Below are positions 61,204 to 64,000 of a DNA stretch of 64,000 bases, piece after piece. The notes below the pieces were generated by a model. It worked only from the letters and a program-made list of their open reading frames with translations. It did no database searches and was not told the DNA's origin. Both the position numbers and the translations under genes were made by a program. Source of the stretch: Octopus vulgaris. Lineage: Eukaryota. Every line of letters begins with the position of its first letter. The first letter of the stretch is position 1. The stretch lies in assembly GCA_951406725.2 (NCBI GenBank), contig OX597829.1:54684001-54748000 (forward strand), read 5' to 3'.

Positions 61204-63537
61204 ATGCACTAACAAGACAACTTCTACATGGTATCTCAAAAACTATAGAAACACTGACCAATACTACCTCAAGTCATTCTTTTATTGTTGTGTTATTTTG
61301 AGCGTTGCCAAGTGCCTTTCCTTTTATATGGTTAAATTATTAATTTCTTCGCTAAATAAATTCTACAGAAGTTTGCATTTCTGAAAACCAAATCAGTATT
61401 TACAATAGACTATAGCTGGAAGCAATTTTGTGGCTTATTTGCTTCAAATATTTGTAAAATGTTCCTTGACAACCAGCAGTTTCATCACAGTTGGCAAGAA
61501 ATGAGTTGAATTGTAATCATAGAATAAAGTTATTTTGATATTCATTCTGCGTTGCTCTGCATTCATTTTGTACAATGTTTCATTGTCTTGTATGGTTTCC
61601 TCGACATCTCTCATCTACCTCAGTTTCTGTCTGTCCCACACTCTCTCTCTTTTCTCTCTACCTCTCTCCCCATCTATCTATTTCACTTTCCCCCTTGAAT
61701 TCTCTCTCTCCCTTTGATCTCTCTCTTATTCTCTCCCCCTTGATTTCTCTCTTATTCTTTCTCTTTCCCTCTTGATCTCTGTTATTCTCTCTCTCCCCTT
61801 GATCTCCCCCCTCTCTTCTTTCACACAATAAACCACAATTATAACAACATCCTCAATAAGTCAATCAGGGAGCCTCCACATAATTGCTTGACCTGCAAAA
61901 AATCGAAGCCAAATGCCCCTCAGATTTCACTCTTCTATTTTAAGATAAGAGAAGACACTGCTGATAATGTGTATACAAAATGTCAGAGTGGTCACAGCAA
62001 GATTGTCTTTTGATAATAGGTCTGCTCAACCAGGAAATGACATGGAGTTAAATTACAATAATCACTGCAACAAAGGTGTTCTCAACAAGCAAACTTTGGC
62101 ATGGCTCTTCATCCTACCATCATAACACTTATCTACGGCACTCCGTCAGTTACAATGATGAGGATTCCAGTTAATCCAATCAACAGAACAGCTTACTCAT
62201 GAAATTAACGTGAAAGTGGCTGAGAACTCCACAGACATATGTACCCTTAATGTAGTTCTCAGGGAGATTCAGTGTGACAAGGCTGGTCCTTTGAAATACA
62301 GGTACAACAGAAACAGGAAGAAAGATGTGGTGAAAGAGTACAGCAGGGTTTGCCACCAGCCACTGCCAGAGCCTCATGGTGCCTTAGGTGTTTTTGCTCA
62401 ATAAATATTCACAACGCCCAGTCTGAGAATTGAAACTGTGATCCTACGACCGCGAGTCCGCTACCCTAACCACTGGGCCCATTGTGCTCCACTATAACAC
62501 TTAACACAAGAAGGATGCATAAAGTGGTGTAGTCCTTGATACATTATACCTGAAAACAAAACGAGGTGGTCATGACTGAAGTGCTTTTGATCACAGGTTT
62601 GCCTGATCAGGGTTGAATTGTGGCTAAACAACAGCTTCTTCAAAGAAGTTTGTTCATTTTATTTTACACGAATCCAAAAATAATAGAAGAAAATCTAATA
62701 AATTCAAACTCTTCAATTCATTTGGAACAAAGTTTTGCAATTATTTCTTTATTTTCAAACTTGAAATTAAAAATAAATTTATTTTATAGTTTAACAACAA
62801 AATATATCAGCTCTGTTTCGAAAGTATATTCGAATCTCTGTTTTGAAATTAAATATTTGGGGTATATTTACTGTGACTTGGCCACCTCCGCTGACGCACC
62901 AATGGGAGGGGTGGTAGTGTTACAGTTCAGGGTTAAAACACCTGATGGTTGTTGGATACCATCTGATGATATCAATTCCTCCTGGTCAAAGCTGCATTCA
63001 TTTTGGTGAGTGGAAAAGAAACAGCTTCATCTAGATGTTATCAACATAACATAGTGTATAAATTATATAAATTACATCTATTTAAAAAAAAAAAATCAAA
63101 CATATAAAAACTCAATAAACTGTAAAAATATGCTCTTTCATAAATTCAATGTTTAAAAACAATTTTATGTCATGTCCACATGTTTTAAGATGTGGTGCGG
63201 AGTTTTGGATTAAAATGCTGGGCTGCAGGGGTGCACGTAGAATGAAATGGTAAATGTGAAATGTAAAAGTTTGTGTTTAGGTTAAGAAAAGGGCTTCTGT
63301 GAGGCAGAGCCATACCAGAAAAGTATTAGCTGCAACAACTTGAAGCCTGAGCCTTCATGAAAATAAAAATACAAAAGCTTTCAATTTATTCAGCACTGGA
63401 TCAAATCACAGGTTTCAACAAGTTGTTTTGGTCCCATAAACTGAAATGAAATGAAACATTGAATATAATATTTTTAGCAAAATATTGATTCCAAATTTCT
63501 GCACAAGACCAGAAGCTTTTTAAAGGAAGTCTTAAAT

Positions 63538-63754
63538 CATGCATGGGCAACCTGCAGCCTGTGGGCTGCATACGGCCCTCAATGAGTTTCTAGGTTACTA
63601 ATTTCATACTAAGACAAAATTAAGAACTGCAAAAAATTCAGTGTAAAGTGGGCAAGTAATATTTCATGCAAATGTGTTTTATCATGCGGCCCTCTCCCAC
63701 TTCGAAATGGTATGGAGGCAGGCCCCCCAGTTGACGAAGAGTTGCCCATCCCTG
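63538..63754. mobile_element. hAT MITE nested in a SINE
   Basis: TIRs CATGCATGGGCAAC / GTTGCCCATCCCTG; 8-bp TSD-like TCTTAAAT / GTTTAAAT. Confidence 0.75.
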
Positions 63755-64000
63755 GTTTAAATTAATTACATCAACCCCAGTGTTCAAATGTTAGTTATTT
63801 TATCAACCCCAAAAAGAACAAAAGGCAAGGTTAACTTCAGTGGAATCTGAACTCAGAATGTAAAGAGCCAGAGGAAATGTCACTTAGGCATTTTGTCCAA
63901 AATTCACAAACAAACCTTTAGCAAATATTGAAATATGTCAAAGATAGAGGAGATATGGTCTTTATATTTATAGTTTTATGTTCAAGTTAATTTTGATAAA

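Overview
AT-rich, repeat-dense animal genomic DNA. The SINE and LINE families point to an octopus or other coleoid cephalopod (inference from repeat content). Two spliced genes can be reconstructed on the + strand. (1) A complete 11-exon DDOST/OST48 (WBP1) oligosaccharyltransferase subunit gene, CDS 15929-38920, 441 aa, or 462 aa from an upstream in-frame ATG. It has a 14.4-kb, TE-filled first intron. (2) A small coiled-coil gene resembling CEP15/C3orf14, with clear exons at 54712-54811, 56402-56479 and 57763-57834 and candidate first and alternative last exons. X-box (RFX) and forkhead motifs lie upstream of it. The rest is mobile DNA: a full-length mariner inactivated by nonsense mutations, maT/Tc1-like and Chapaev-like relics, piggyBac/hAT/Tigger-type MITEs, RTE, CR1/L2-like and RLE (R4/Dong-like) LINE fragments, several tRNA-derived SINE families and long microsatellites. 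Most ORFs in the supplied track are repeat or microsatellite artefacts. I see no convincing new protein-coding system. The best candidates for undescribed biology are a CRISPR-looking, variable-copy hairpin array in the RTE LINE 3' UTR, modular SINEs sharing that LINE's tail, a 97-bp inverted-repeat element enclosing telomeric repeats, and inverted repeat pairs that could act as ADAR or back-splicing substrates. All homology calls are from motif recognition and no database search was run.
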